In this document: piece after piece, positions 20,797 to 32,065 of the stretch
How positions within the stretch are numbered: position 1 is the first letter of the stretch
Layout of the letters: every line of letters begins with the position of its first letter
NCBI GenBank assembly: GCA_963976765.1
Contig: CAXBME010000001.1
Coordinates: 372,001-436,000 of the forward strand
DNA: 64,000 nt
Reading direction: 5' to 3'
From: an uncultured Planctomycetaceae bacterium
Lineage (GTDB): Bacteria; Planctomycetota; Planctomycetia; Planctomycetales; Planctomycetaceae
Made by a program: the position numbers and the translations under genes
The notes under the pieces: model-generated
The model's database searches: none
What the model was told of the DNA's origin: nothing
Seen by the model: the letters and a program-made list of their open reading frames with translations, nothing else

Positions 20797-22017
20797 ATGG
20801 AAATCTTTCTCGGCGTTTTCATGTTTACCGGAATTGTCCTGGCACTCGTTTGGGTGATCCTGCAGGCACGCAGTATTCTTGTGCCCAGCGGTAATGTGAA
20901 GATTATCGTCAACGACCAGAAAACTCTGGAAGTTCCTGCGGGAGGAAAACTGCTGACGGCCCTGTCGTCGCAGGGTATTTTCGTGTCCTCTGCCTGCGGT
21001 GGAGGCGGAACCTGCGCTCAGTGCAAAGTCAATGTCCTTGAAGGCGGCGGTGAAATTCTGGCGACCGAAACCGGTCACATCAGCAAGAAGGATGCTCGCG
21101 AGGGCTGTCGACTGTCCTGCCAGGTCGCTATCAAGCAGGACATGAAGATCGAAGTGCCTCCGGAAGTCTTCGAAACGAAAAAGTGGCGTTGCAAAGTCAA
21201 ATCGAACAGAAACGTCGCAACCTTCATTAAAGAGTTCGTTCTTGAACTTCCTGAAGGCGAACAGGTTGACTTCAAGGCTGGAGGCTACATCCAGATCGAA
21301 GCACCTCCGCACGAGATTCACTACAAAGACTTCGCGATCGAAGAGAAGTACCACGAAGACTGGGACCGGTTCAACATCTGGCAGTACGTTTCGAAAGTCG
21401 ACGAGCCGGTCGTTCGAGCTTACTCGATGGCCAACTACCCCGGTGAAAAGGGCATCATCATGCTCAATGTCCGGGTCGCTTCGCCTCCGCCCCGATCTCC
21501 GGAAGGAACTCCACCAGGAAAGATGTCATCGTACATCTTCAGCCTGAAGCCTGGTGACGAAGTCACAATCTCGGGCCCTTACGGTGAGTTCTTCATTAAT
21601 GACAGCGACGCCGAGATGATCTACATCGGTGGTGGTGCCGGCATGGCTCCGTTGCGTAGTCACATTTTCGAACTGTTCAAGAATCTCAAAACCGATCGAA
21701 AAGTCACTTACTGGTACGGTGGTCGCAGTTTGCGTGAGTTGTTCTACGTTGACCACTTCCGCGAGATCGAGAAAGAGTTCCCGAACTTCAAGTTCAACAT
21801 CGCTCTTTCCGACCCGCTGCCGGAAGACAACTGGACGGGCTACACGGGTTTCATTCATCAGGTTGTCTACGAAAACGCTTTGAAGAATCACCCGGCCCCC
21901 GAGGACATCGAGTATTACCTCTGTGGCCCTCCGATGATGAATTCAGCCGTCTTCAAAATGCTGGATGATCTGGGCGTCGAGCCTGAGAACATTCGCTTCG
22001 ACGACTTCGGCGGCTGA
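20797..22017 (+). CDS. nqrF: Na+-NQR subunit F
   Basis: 2Fe-2S motif [12 protein letters not shown]...[31 protein letters not shown]. Confidence 0.97.
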   Translation: MEIFLGVFMFTGIVLALVWVILQARSILVPSGNVKIIVNDQKTLEVPAGGKLLTALSSQGIFVSSACGGGGTCAQCKVNVLEGGGEILATETGHISKKDAREGCRLSCQVAIKQDMKIEVPPEVFETKKWRCKVKSNRNVATFIKEFVLELPEGEQVDFKAGGYIQIEAPPHEIHYKDFAIEEKYHEDWDRFNIWQYVSKVDEPVVRAYSMANYPGEKGIIMLNVRVASPPPRSPEGTPPGKMSSYIFSLKPGDEVTISGPYGEFFINDSDAEMIYIGGGAGMAPLRSHIFELFKNLKTDRKVTYWYGGRSLRELFYVDHFREIEKEFPNFKFNIALSDPLPEDNWTGYTGFIHQVVYENALKNHPAPEDIEYYLCGPPMMNSAVFKMLDDLGVEPENIRFDDFGG

Positions 22018-22149
22018 TTTATCGTCTCGTCTTTCATCCTCGTCTCGTGACGTCAGGGTGCCTACACTGCACGCTCGCTGGACCTCTGCAGAAGGCTGAG
22101 GTTTCTTACCTGAGCAGGGCTACAGGCCTTCCGCAGTGACGAGTCTCCC

Positions 22150-24282
22150 ATGCAGGATCAAACATCAAGTCCGCTGTCGTCTGAAGATGCAGACCAGTTG
22201 CTGCTTAAAGATCTGAACGAGCAGCAGAAGGTAGCGGCATCGCATGGATCTGGTCCGTTGCTCATTGTTGCCGGAGCTGGCACTGGCAAAACAACGACAC
22301 TCACGCACCGGGTCGCCTGGCTGATCCACAAAGGTACGGATCCACGGCGAATTCTCCTGCTGACTTTTACTCGGCGATCAGCGGCTGAGATGTTGTCCCG
22401 TGTTTCGAGCTGCCTGCAACGAATGAAGCGTCAGGCGACGGCATCCGGCTCGCAGGGCGGCGGAGCATTTTCTAATGCGATCTGGGGCGGAACGTTCCAT
22501 GCGATGGCGGCGAGACTCTTGCGTCAGCATGGGAAGCTGATTGGTCTGGAACCTGACTTTACCGTGCTCGACAGAAGCGACTCCGAAGACCTGCTCGACG
22601 TTGTGCGCGCAGAGTTGAAGCTTTCGACCGAGCGTCGACGATTTCCGCTGAAGCAGACTTGCCTGAGCATTTACAGCCGCTGCATCAACTCGCGAGCGAA
22701 ACTACAGATCGTTCTCGAAGAAGTCTTTCCTTGGTGTGTCGACTTTGAAGAAGAACTGAAGCAGCTCTTCAAAGGCTATGTTGAGCGCAAAGATCGCTTG
22801 AACTGCCTGGACTATGACGATCTGCTGATGTTCTGGAATGCTCTGGTTTCTGACGAATCCGGGGCACGGGCGATCCGGAAACAGTTCGACTGCGTCCTCG
22901 TCGACGAATATCAGGACACCAATCTGCTGCAGTCTGAGATCCTTGAACACCTCTGTCCTGATGGAACAGGTCTGACAGTCGTCGGTGACGACGCGCAGTC
23001 TATCTACTCATTCCGGGCGGCGACGGTTCGTAATATCCTGGATTTTCCAAAACAGTTTCCTGGCACGAAGACCGTGCTGCTGGAAGAAAATTACCGTAGC
23101 ACTCAGCCGGTTCTCGACGCTGCCAATTCAGTTATCGACGAAGCCAAAGAGCGGCACCACAAAGAACTCTGGACGGCTCGTTCCACCGGAACGCGGCCAC
23201 AGGTGGTGAGCTGTCGCGACGAAGACGAGCAGTCTGATTTTGTGATTCGCGAGCTGCTTCACCATCGCGATAAGGGGATTCCGCTGAAGCATCAGGCGGT
23301 GCTGTTTCGAGCGTCGCATCACAGTTTAAACCTCGAATTGCTGCTGGCTGAGCAGAACATTCCGTTTCACAAATTCGGCGGGTTGAAGTTCGTCGAAGCG
23401 GCACACATCAAAGACTTCCTGGCATTTCTACGGCTGGCTGATAACCCGTTCGACATGGTATCGGCTCTGCGAATTCTGATGCTCCTGCCAGGGATTGGTC
23501 GCAAGCGAGCGATGGATCTGACTGATGGTCTTTATGAAGCGGACGGTAACTTTGAAAAGTGGGCCTCGTGGTCAACGCCGTCAGCGACTAAAGAAGTCTG
23601 GCCGCAATTCGTCGGATTGCTCAGACACCTGGCCACGCTGAAGGTCAGCCGAAAAGGTGAGTCGTCGGTCCCAACCGAACTCGACGCAGTCCGCAAGTTC
23701 TTCGCGCCGATCGTGGAAGAAAAATATCCCAACGCGAGGGAACGCCTGCTCGATCTGGAGCAGGTTGTTCACATTTCAGCGAGGTATCCCAATCGGACAG
23801 ACTTCCTGACAGCCATCACGCTCGATCCGCCGTCATCAACGCAGGATCTCGCGGCTGATCCGGTAATCGATGAGGACTATCTGATTCTCAGCACGATCCA
23901 TTCGGCCAAGGGGCTGGAGTGGGATTCGGTTTTCGTGCTGCACGCTGCTGACGGTAACATCCCGTCCGACCTGTCGACAAAAGATGAACAACAGATCGAA
24001 GAAGAACGTCGGCTGTTTTACGTGGCGTTGTCGCGAGCAAAAGAGCATCTTTATGTTTGTCATCCTCAGCGATCCTACCGAACCGAACGACAATCTTACC
24101 GCGACGACTACAGCTTCTCGCAGCTCACTCGGTTTCTGACGCCCAAAGCGAGAGCGTGTTTTGACTGGCGACTTCCGGACAGCGACGACGTGATTTCAAC
24201 GTTGCCGGCAGAAGGCCCCGTCCGGCCGCAGGTCAAGCCTCTGTTCAACGCTCGCGATCAGGCGAAGTCAATGTGGGACTGA
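22150..24282 (+). CDS. ATP-dependent DNA helicase, UvrD/Rep/PcrA superfamily 1
   Basis: AGAGTGKT, LTFT, VDEYQD, VGDDAQSIYSFR, LEENYRS, STIHSAKGLEW, EERRLFYVALSRA. Confidence 0.93.
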   Translation: MQDQTSSPLSSEDADQLLLKDLNEQQKVAASHGSGPLLIVAGAGTGKTTTLTHRVAWLIHKGTDPRRILLLTFTRRSAAEMLSRVSSCLQRMKRQATASGSQGGGAFSNAIWGGTFHAMAARLLRQHGKLIGLEPDFTVLDRSDSEDLLDVVRAELKLSTERRRFPLKQTCLSIYSRCINSRAKLQIVLEEVFPWCVDFEEELKQLFKGYVERKDRLNCLDYDDLLMFWNALVSDESGARAIRKQFDCVLVDEYQDTNLLQSEILEHLCPDGTGLTVVGDDAQSIYSFRAATVRNILDFPKQFPGTKTVLLEENYRSTQPVLDAANSVIDEAKERHHKELWTARSTGTRPQVVSCRDEDEQSDFVIRELLHHRDKGIPLKHQAVLFRASHHSLNLELLLAEQNIPFHKFGGLKFVEAAHIKDFLAFLRLADNPFDMVSALRILMLLPGIGRKRAMDLTDGLYEADGNFEKWASWSTPSATKEVWPQFVGLLRHLATLKVSRKGESSVPTELDAVRKFFAPIVEEKYPNARERLLDLEQVVHISARYPNRTDFLTAITLDPPSSTQDLAADPVIDEDYLILSTIHSAKGLEWDSVFVLHAADGNIPSDLSTKDEQQIEEERRLFYVALSRAKEHLYVCHPQRSYRTERQSYRDDYSFSQLTRFLTPKARACFDWRLPDSDDVISTLPAEGPVRPQVKPLFNARDQAKSMWD

Positions 24283-24411
24283 TCCAGATTGCCGTCACAG
24301 TCGCAGAGTGGGCTGTGTCCGCCAAAGATTCAAACGCTTGATTTCGTAAGTGTCGCTGCTGTGAATCCCGTAACTGGTAGCGAGCGTAGTTTTCCCGCAG
24401 GCCGGAACAAA

Positions 24412-25284
24412 TCACTGGAGCATGGCCCTGGCGTCGAGCGGGGCATCGCGACCGACAATCGCTTCGTCCGGGTTCCAGTTCAGAGTGTCGAAAGAGTCAT
24501 TACCGGGCAATTCCTCGAAGGGGATCCCCTGCTCATCGAGTCGGTCTGCGATCCCGTCAAACGGGTTTCGGGTTAGCTCTCCGGGAAACAGCCTGATCAG
24601 ATCTTCCGAGTGCTCCAGCACCAGCTGGACGTTTTTTTCGGGGACTGAAAGCAGCCGGCGTGCACGATCAAGCCGGGTGATCCAGGCGGCTTCGTGTAGA
24701 ACATTGTGCATGGCTTCGGGCGAAAGTGAGTTGAAGGGTTCGCGCCTCGCACGCAACTTCGACACGACATTCTCACCTTTCGCAACGATGCTGGCGAGGT
24801 CCTGATTTTCACGCACTGTGCTCTTCGAAAGTGCGGCACCGATGGCAAGTGTCAGACCGACAAACTGCTCGCGAGTCATTCGTTTGCGAAGCAGCCATCG
24901 ATCCAGTGTCCGACTGTGAGGAATTGCGTCGATCAGCTGATCGGTGCCCCATCTTTCAGCGAGAGATAACTGTTCGGCGTCGACCAGATCACTGATCGGC
25001 AGAGTTCGTTCGGCGTTCCAGTTCGGCAGCGGCAGATAGAGTTCCGGAAATGCCGGAAGCCTTTGTTCTGGCAGGTGATCGACAATTTCAAAGAAGGCTC
25101 GCAGTTCGCTCGGTGTGACTTCTTCGCTGACGCGTTTGACTTCGGTGAACGTAACCGTGGGATCTTCACACCCCGATAGAATGGTGACCATTGTCAGTAC
25201 GGCCACCAGCACAATTCTTGATGTCGAGGATTCTGCTATCACGTCAGACTTTCGGAAACGCACCGCAAACTGAATTTCTGACAC
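24412..25284 (-). CDS. Putative lipoprotein, hypothetical
   Basis: Hydrophobic stretch ending in lipobox LSGC; start uncertain. Confidence 0.65.
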   Translation of the reverse strand: MSEIQFAVRFRKSDVIAESSTSRIVLVAVLTMVTILSGCEDPTVTFTEVKRVSEEVTPSELRAFFEIVDHLPEQRLPAFPELYLPLPNWNAERTLPISDLVDAEQLSLAERWGTDQLIDAIPHSRTLDRWLLRKRMTREQFVGLTLAIGAALSKSTVRENQDLASIVAKGENVVSKLRARREPFNSLSPEAMHNVLHEAAWITRLDRARRLLSVPEKNVQLVLEHSEDLIRLFPGELTRNPFDGIADRLDEQGIPFEELPGNDSFDTLNWNPDEAIVGRDAPLDARAMLQ

Positions 25285-25638
25285 TCTACTTCACAGCGTT
25301 GAAATGCTTCCGCAAATTGCAGCGTCGCGGCGGCGAGACGGAGCGATTTTCAACACTTTCTTCGTCCACATGGCGGAATTCGCGCCACCGTGCGTCATCG
25401 TCGGAGGGAAAACCTCCAGACGTGGAGAGATCTACCGCCTGAGCCAGAATATGAGCCAGTCGATTCAACTGAACATGACTCGGACAGATCAGCAAACACG
25501 TGATCCGGGATGAATCATGAATTACATGAAACATGCGAAATGAGCAGGCTTGAATGAATCGCCAGGTTTCCGAGTCCAGTCGTTTCGTCCGTGGTTCAGA
25601 GTCGCGTCTCACAGAGCGTACGTCACCCGATCTCGCCG

Positions 25639-28600
25639 CTATGGTGATGGCTCTGGCGCAAACGTCAGCCTGATCGACCGACGAGCCATCCGGATTGAGA
25701 ATCGATTCTGATCGGCGTGAGGCTCGAACGTGAAATCGAACGCCGAGCTGGCTCCGCGCCGAGTCAGTATGTCTTCGCCTGTTGCGCGGTTGATGATGTG
25801 AAGCACTGAATCCGTTGCCTCGTCGTCTGGACTTCTCGACCGGCGATAGCTGAGGACGAGGCAGGGAGCGTTCTTTGGCTGATCGAGCTGAAACTGAATC
25901 CGGTCGACAGGACGTTGCCACTTGAGCCGGGCTGTCGCCGAGTCGATCGCTACCAGTTGCCCAGTGACGGACGGATTTCTCTCTCGACTGCCTGCCGAGC
26001 GCCCGTTGAGAAATCCGGATTCTGCCATGTTTGAAACGGCGATCACCTGCGTCGATGGACCTGAAGAAACATGGATGGCTTTAATCTGCTCGGGCCGTTT
26101 CACGGTCATCGTCGACGTTTCTTCGCCGGTGCTGGCATTGATGATCTGCAACTGGCCGTTCACATGCAGAATTCCGACGCGGTCAGAACCAGCGGCAAAA
26201 ACGGTCGACTCAGGATCGACGTTGGAGTTCCACTCGACTTTTGCCAACGACAGACTGACAGAGGCCAGCCTGGAAATACTCAGCGCGTCGGGGTGGTTGG
26301 CTGAGTCTCTTGATCGTTCCGCCACAAGTATGCGACTACCAGATGCCTGCAGAATAGTTCCAGCAAACCCGACCGCGTCCGACAATCGAAACTTCGAGAC
26401 CGTTGCTCCGTCCACAACTCGCAGGACAGTTACCTGATCTTCGTCAGGCTGAATCAGATAAACGCTCTGACCGTCGCCGGTGCAGGTTGCCTGCCTGGGC
26501 AGCTCATACCGTTGCCATAATCGCTGCCCGCTGGAAGTGTCGATGCAGACGAGCTTGCCTCGAGTCTGGAAGCAAAGATAACCCGCTCGAACCGGGCCGA
26601 CCTTAACGATCGGTCGACCGAAGGCGTCGAGCATCGTCAGTCGTTCCTCAGCAAAGCCGGGCATTGCGGGGGTGTATTCGTGATCTTCCTGTCGATTTTC
26701 GTTGGCCATGTCCAACGACCAAAGCCGTTGCACGCGAGGCTCGCCGCTGCCGTCGAAGGGAGAAATACCGAACAGCTCGGCCCCCAGCTGAAGTACCAGG
26801 ACGTGGGCGATTCCCCATCCACGATACAAGCGACCGACAGACTTCAGGGGAGAGTCTGAAGTTGACAGCACGGTTTGCCACGAGCCTGAAAATCCGTCGC
26901 CATAGAATCGAAGAATCGTGTCGTTGCGCGACGATCGAGGATTGATCGCCACGTTGAGCCGATCAAACAGGCTTCCGGGAGAACACTCCACGGGAACAGG
27001 GATGAAGGTGGTGTCGAGGTTCTGCTCGGCGTGTTCAGAGATCGTTACCGGTCCGCTGTTCCAGGGGGAGCCTGCCGATTTTATTTCTGCAATTGAGTCA
27101 GCATCAAAGCCCTGCCGCTGGAGTGTGAGTCGGACGGCCTCTGCATCGCGATCGTAACTCCGCGATTTGTAAAGCTCGATCAGCTTGCGTGACGCATTTA
27201 ACGAAACATCTCGCACAGACGATTCCTGCAGAGCCAGCAGGGCGAGCTGATTCTGAACATACCTCATGCCGATTCGGGATCGATCATCAAGGTGAAACGG
27301 CTCGACAATCGGCAGGGACATCCATTGGTGCGTGAAACGCTGCAACGCAAACGGGTCACGACTGGCGGAAGCGGCGTCTGCAAGTACAAGCAGCTCGTGC
27401 GTCAGTTGCCTGACAATTTCGTCGTTCTGGCTGTTGAACAGGTCGAGAACTTCGCCCTGTATCAGCCGGTCGTGGCGAACGCTGCGCAAGGGTTCGGGTT
27501 TCAGGAATCGCGGTTCGCCAGATGGATTGAGCGATTGCAGATTGGCATAAAACTTCAACGAGGCCACCGGATCACCGACCTGTGCCGCCACTTGAGCTGC
27601 CGCATGCCGAAGCTCGATCAGGTCCGCCACCGAAGAATCTCCAACGAGCGTTTCCGCTTCCGTGACCACTTCAGAAATTCTTTCCGGCGAAAGCGTTCCC
27701 GACCTGATCCATGCAAGCAGCGACTTTCCGAGTTCGCGTTTCGCCTGTGACGAGTCATTCAGTTTTCGCAGCCGAGTTGTCGCTTCCGCAAACGATCCAC
27801 ATGCCCGTTCGAAGACTGCCTGCTCGATGGCACGGTCAATGCCAGCGTCGATGAGATCTACTTCTCCGGCAGTCTTCGATGGCGCATCGTCGATTGAACG
27901 TCGGTCCGGAATGGTCGACAACATTGGCCATGTGCTGAGCCGATCCGCATTCAACGAGACGATGCGATCTCCCGCAGCGATCAGACAACCGGATAGAGCC
28001 CCCAGCGAGTCGACACTTTCAAGCATCGAACCGTCGACGCAATTCACGGCGACCAGTGATCCGCCCCGCACGGGGAAAACGTGAAACGTTGCGGTCGTGG
28101 CCTTTTCCGCAAGATCAGGAATGTTGAGTGTGTAACCCGTTCCGACCGGTTCGCGGCACGGAACTTTCCAGAGCACGTTGCCGGACCTCGCTTCCAAAGC
28201 CGAAACGGAATGTCGACCAATGATGACGATACGGCGCTGATCCGTAATCACATCTACCGGAGACTCGACGTTCAGTGACCACAGCCGGTCTCCCGTTCGC
28301 GGGTCGAACGCGTTCACACCTTCGGCGTCCGGGCCGGTGACAATCAGGATGGAATTGTCGATGGACGATGAGTTGTTCTGATTAGCTCTGGTCGATCGAT
28401 CTGCCGGAACACTGAGCAGCTTGTTGTCTCGCCAGCCTTGCCACCACGGTCGCTGCGGACGCGCTGGCGCGAAGGGCAGTCTGGTTACTTCCAGCGGCGA
28501 GTCGGCTCGCGAATATCGACGACTCCAGATCGCCGTGCGGGTTCCAAGGTCGACTCCGATCAGCAGTCCAGCTCCGGTCGGGCAAACAAGCACCCCGTCG

Positions 28601-30195
28601 ATCAGCGAGACTCGGCAATCCAGAGATCGCCAATCGGCATCTGCTGGCGACAGACGCGGTACCTCGGCAATGTCGAGAGTCCAGTCGAGTTGGCCGGTCA
28701 GGCGGTGTGCCGCATAAAGACGCAGTGTATCGTCGACCTGAACGAGACCAACAACATTCTGGTCAACCGGAACGGGCAAACCGCAGAAGTAGACGTCCTT
28801 GATGTTGCCATTATTCGCAGCGCGGTGAGCGGCCTTGGGCTGCGTGGCGGAGATTGACCCTGCCGTCAGGCTCCACTCAACTTTTCCCGACTGAAGATGG
28901 CGGGCTACGATTCGGTTCTGTGTGTGATTCTGAAAGTTTGAACCACGCAGCACTCCGGATCGAGACAGGAGTGGATCGGGCATCGCCGCTGATCCAGACT
29001 CGATGGTGAAGACGCGTTCGCCATCACTCGACAACCGCGATTGCAACGAATCGACCTGCAATCCTCGCGTCAACTTTTGAGCCATCAACTCCTGCAGCGA
29101 CAGATTCATGGACAATCGCGAAGCACTTTGCCCAGCTTCAGAGACGGACTCGTTCGACCAGAGAAGTCGTCCTGTGGCAAGTTCGTGAGCCGCTACCTGA
29201 GTCAGCGATCGCTGGACAACAACGCCATTATTCACCAGCGGCTGAGCACGTGGCAGAATCGGAATCGACTGTTCGAAGTGCTCGTGCAGGGCGTGTCGAG
29301 TGAGCATTGCAGTTTCGTCATCCAGCCCGGAATCGACCTGCCAGTCAGGATGGGTCATGGACGGAAACAGGTTCGCCCGGATCGGCAATCCAGACGCGGC
29401 GTTTCGTGGAGCCGTGTTCTGAATCGACCCCTGCACCTTGACTGTGTTTTCGACAGCCTGCTCGCCGAACGCCTCATCATTGCGACGCTTTCGAGAATTG
29501 GTCGCACACAATTCGATGATGCGATTTGCCACTTCGAGGTCCGACGGCGAAAGATCGGGCATTCCAGCCAAACGTCTGGCTATCGCATCAGCCGCCTCGA
29601 ATTCCTGCCGATCAAGATGCCAGGCCGCGAGAATCCGCAACGCATGGCGAGCTGTCCCTGTCATCGGAAAGTGGGAGGGCAACGTGCGGAGCGTTTGGAA
29701 ATCCGAGTCGCGCTGCGCTCTGAGAAATTGACTTCGAGCCAGCGGCTCGGTTTGACGACGGTACGAGTTCAAAGCGTCGGCGGGGAGCGATTGCAGAAGG
29801 GATTCGATGATCGAATTGCCGTCACGAAACGCCTGCCAGTGGCCGAAGACCTCGTCGACCAGAATCTGCAAACCTGCTTCGCTCGCAGAAGCTGCCCGAA
29901 TTTCCGCGATTGCTGAAGCAAATTCCCGGCGCGCGATCATGGCCTCGGCACGCCGCAAACGGTCTTGAAGAATACGGTCGCGTCGCGGGGCGGCGGAGTG
30001 ACTCAACATCGAGTCGTCGGTGTTTGATTTTTCCAATTCTTCAGTGGAATCACCATCCGGGACAGGCTGCCAGGCAAAACATGACGAGGTCATCGTCGCG
30101 GCAAACACGCCTGTGGCGACAATGCAAAGTGTCGTCACTCGAAAGGAGAGCCAGCAACGAGAGTCATTGATTAGGTTTTCTGGTTGCTTCGGCAT
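25639..30195 (-). CDS. Large exported multi-beta-propeller (PQQ-like) protein with TPR-like helical segments
   Basis: ~1500-aa ORF; signal-like N-terminus; many D/xxGxxxW blade ends (TGRLLW, SGKVEW, TGQLDW, TGDRLW, SGQRLW); alternative start at 30228. Confidence 0.78.
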   Translation of the reverse strand: MPKQPENLINDSRCWLSFRVTTLCIVATGVFAATMTSSCFAWQPVPDGDSTEELEKSNTDDSMLSHSAAPRRDRILQDRLRRAEAMIARREFASAIAEIRAASASEAGLQILVDEVFGHWQAFRDGNSIIESLLQSLPADALNSYRRQTEPLARSQFLRAQRDSDFQTLRTLPSHFPMTGTARHALRILAAWHLDRQEFEAADAIARRLAGMPDLSPSDLEVANRIIELCATNSRKRRNDEAFGEQAVENTVKVQGSIQNTAPRNAASGLPIRANLFPSMTHPDWQVDSGLDDETAMLTRHALHEHFEQSIPILPRAQPLVNNGVVVQRSLTQVAAHELATGRLLWSNESVSEAGQSASRLSMNLSLQELMAQKLTRGLQVDSLQSRLSSDGERVFTIESGSAAMPDPLLSRSGVLRGSNFQNHTQNRIVARHLQSGKVEWSLTAGSISATQPKAAHRAANNGNIKDVYFCGLPVPVDQNVVGLVQVDDTLRLYAAHRLTGQLDWTLDIAEVPRLSPADADWRSLDCRVSLIDGVLVCPTGAGLLIGVDLGTRTAIWSRRYSRADSPLEVTRLPFAPARPQRPWWQGWRDNKLLSVPADRSTRANQNNSSSIDNSILIVTGPDAEGVNAFDPRTGDRLWSLNVESPVDVITDQRRIVIIGRHSVSALEARSGNVLWKVPCREPVGTGYTLNIPDLAEKATTATFHVFPVRGGSLVAVNCVDGSMLESVDSLGALSGCLIAAGDRIVSLNADRLSTWPMLSTIPDRRSIDDAPSKTAGEVDLIDAGIDRAIEQAVFERACGSFAEATTRLRKLNDSSQAKRELGKSLLAWIRSGTLSPERISEVVTEAETLVGDSSVADLIELRHAAAQVAAQVGDPVASLKFYANLQSLNPSGEPRFLKPEPLRSVRHDRLIQGEVLDLFNSQNDEIVRQLTHELLVLADAASASRDPFALQRFTHQWMSLPIVEPFHLDDRSRIGMRYVQNQLALLALQESSVRDVSLNASRKLIELYKSRSYDRDAEAVRLTLQRQGFDADSIAEIKSAGSPWNSGPVTISEHAEQNLDTTFIPVPVECSPGSLFDRLNVAINPRSSRNDTILRFYGDGFSGSWQTVLSTSDSPLKSVGRLYRGWGIAHVLVLQLGAELFGISPFDGSGEPRVQRLWSLDMANENRQEDHEYTPAMPGFAEERLTMLDAFGRPIVKVGPVRAGYLCFQTRGKLVCIDTSSGQRLWQRYELPRQATCTGDGQSVYLIQPDEDQVTVLRVVDGATVSKFRLSDAVGFAGTILQASGSRILVAERSRDSANHPDALSISRLASVSLSLAKVEWNSNVDPESTVFAAGSDRVGILHVNGQLQIINASTGEETSTMTVKRPEQIKAIHVSSGPSTQVIAVSNMAESGFLNGRSAGSRERNPSVTGQLVAIDSATARLKWQRPVDRIQFQLDQPKNAPCLVLSYRRSRSPDDEATDSVLHIINRATGEDILTRRGASSAFDFTFEPHADQNRFSIRMARRSIRLTFAPEPSP

Positions 30196-30523
30196 TAACT
30201 TCAGCCAGAGTTTGCAGTGAATCATCATGTTGCAACCGGCCAGGCATTATGGTCAGTGTTGCCTTGAATCGGACAAGCTAATTTATCGAGACTGGCCCGC
30301 GAGGCACAGGTACGAGCCGGTTGAAGAGCTGACAGGGAAGGGCAATTCACACCGTTGACTTCGTCAGGCGGAGTCTGGTCTACCACGGAGAATTCAGTTC
30401 AAAACGGATCTGATCTTCCCGGACGCATCATTCTTGCGGTACGTTTTGTCGAGAATTTCTCCGGAATTGTTCAGCCTCCGACGGCGATGATTTGATCCGA
30501 TTCTGGACTCCTGCACGGCACGG

Positions 30524-32065
30524 ATGCTCATGCCACTCGACTTACACATTCGACAGCGACTGTTTCAACGTGCGGCGTCCGCCGGAGAAAATCACGCTGG
30601 CGTGACGCCAGTACCGGTAGAGATTCATCTCGTTGGTGCGGGCGGAGCAGGGATGACTGCGCTTTCCGAATTTCTGCTGGACATGGGGTGTGCGCTGACC
30701 GGTTCTGACCTGAGCGTTGACCAGACGTCGCTGCGTCAAGCTCAGCCGTCAGTATTGCCCGATCGCATTCTTCGGATTCATCAGGGGCATGATTCGGCAC
30801 ATCTGCCGACGACGGCTGATCTGGTCGTTTTCAGCCCGGCGATTTCAGAGGACAACCCGGAACGAGTTGCCGCGCAACGTCTGGGGATTCCCGCCGTTTC
30901 GTACGTTGAATTTCTTGGCGAACTGCTGGCTCAAAATACGGGGGTTTGCATCGCTGGTACGCACGGAAAAACGACGACCTCGGCGATGACGGCATCGATT
31001 CTGCGTGAAGCGGGCGTTGCCGGATCCGCAGTGATCGGTGGCGAAGTTATTCAGTACGGACGCAGCGGCTGGGGACGCGTGAATGATTCTGCTGTTGCCG
31101 ACGCGGATGCCAGATCATTGTTTGTGATCGAGGCCTGCGAATACCGGCGACACTTTCTGCAATTCCATCCTCAGATTGCAGCCATCCTGAACATCGAAGC
31201 CGACCACTTTGATTGCTACAGAACGCTTGATGACGTTTACCAGGTATTCGCCGAATTCGCGGCTCAGATTCAGGCAGCTGGCAAACTCATCATTCGCGCC
31301 GACTGCCCGCTGCTGTCACGACTTAAGGATGGATGTGCGGCTGATGTTGAAACGTTCCTTCCCGTCAGCAATGTGTCCGGGCTGGGGCGTAGCGCCGCTG
31401 CTCATGCCGACTGGGCGATCTCAAGCCTGCGGGAAGAAACGAGTCAGACTGCGTTTGACGTCATGCGGCAGGGACGCACGTTTGGAACTGTCGAGTTGTC
31501 ACTCCCCGGTCGGCATAACGTCGAAAACGCGCTGGCGGCGATCGCGTTGGCGCACGCTGCTGGAGTTTCTCCCGAGTTGGCCTGTGAATCGGTGAGCCGG
31601 TTTCGGGGCGTTCGGCGACGTTTCGAAGAAATCGGTACCTGGAACGGCGTTACGCTGGTCGACGATTACGCGCATCATCCCACCGCTGTGCGGGCGACGT
31701 TGGCTGCGGCTCGCAGAAAGTATCCGGGACGGCGGCTTGTCGTCGCTTTTCAGCCTCACCAGGTTTCACGGACACTGCAACTGATGAAAGAGTTTGCGGC
31801 CTCATTTGGCGATGCGGACAGAGTTCTGCTCGTCCCGATTTTTGCCGCCCGAGAAAACATGGAACTGGCCGAGACGACACTGGCCAGACTTGCCGAATGC
31901 ATGAATCTGGCGGGAAGTTCCGTCAGCGTGCTGGCCTCGCTTGACCAGCTTCGAGCAACTTTGGAGGATTCGGCTCAACCGGGGGACGTCTGGCTGACCC
32001 TGGGCGCTGGAAATATCAATCGGATCCCACATGAGTTTGCTCGAACAGTTCAGCGAAATTACTGA
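30524..32065 (+). CDS. murC: UDP-N-acetylmuramate--L-alanine ligase
   Basis: HLVGAGGAGM, AGTHGKTTT, IEACEY, DDYAHHP, FQPH. Confidence 0.93.
   Translation: MLMPLDLHIRQRLFQRAASAGENHAGVTPVPVEIHLVGAGGAGMTALSEFLLDMGCALTGSDLSVDQTSLRQAQPSVLPDRILRIHQGHDSAHLPTTADLVVFSPAISEDNPERVAAQRLGIPAVSYVEFLGELLAQNTGVCIAGTHGKTTTSAMTASILREAGVAGSAVIGGEVIQYGRSGWGRVNDSAVADADARSLFVIEACEYRRHFLQFHPQIAAILNIEADHFDCYRTLDDVYQVFAEFAAQIQAAGKLIIRADCPLLSRLKDGCAADVETFLPVSNVSGLGRSAAAHADWAISSLREETSQTAFDVMRQGRTFGTVELSLPGRHNVENALAAIALAHAAGVSPELACESVSRFRGVRRRFEEIGTWNGVTLVDDYAHHPTAVRATLAAARRKYPGRRLVVAFQPHQVSRTLQLMKEFAASFGDADRVLLVPIFAARENMELAETTLARLAECMNLAGSSVSVLASLDQLRATLEDSAQPGDVWLTLGAGNINRIPHEFARTVQRNY

Noticed and set aside
20071..21354. 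Long antisense ORFs (also 6320-7474, 37578-38639, 40545-41738, 50775-51674)
   Set aside because: Shadows of well-supported genes, expected at high GC; no motifs of their own
22150..24282. UvrD helicase as part of a Gabija-like defence system
   Set aside because: No adjacent OLD/TOPRIM nuclease; full-length repair-type SF1 helicase in a housekeeping context
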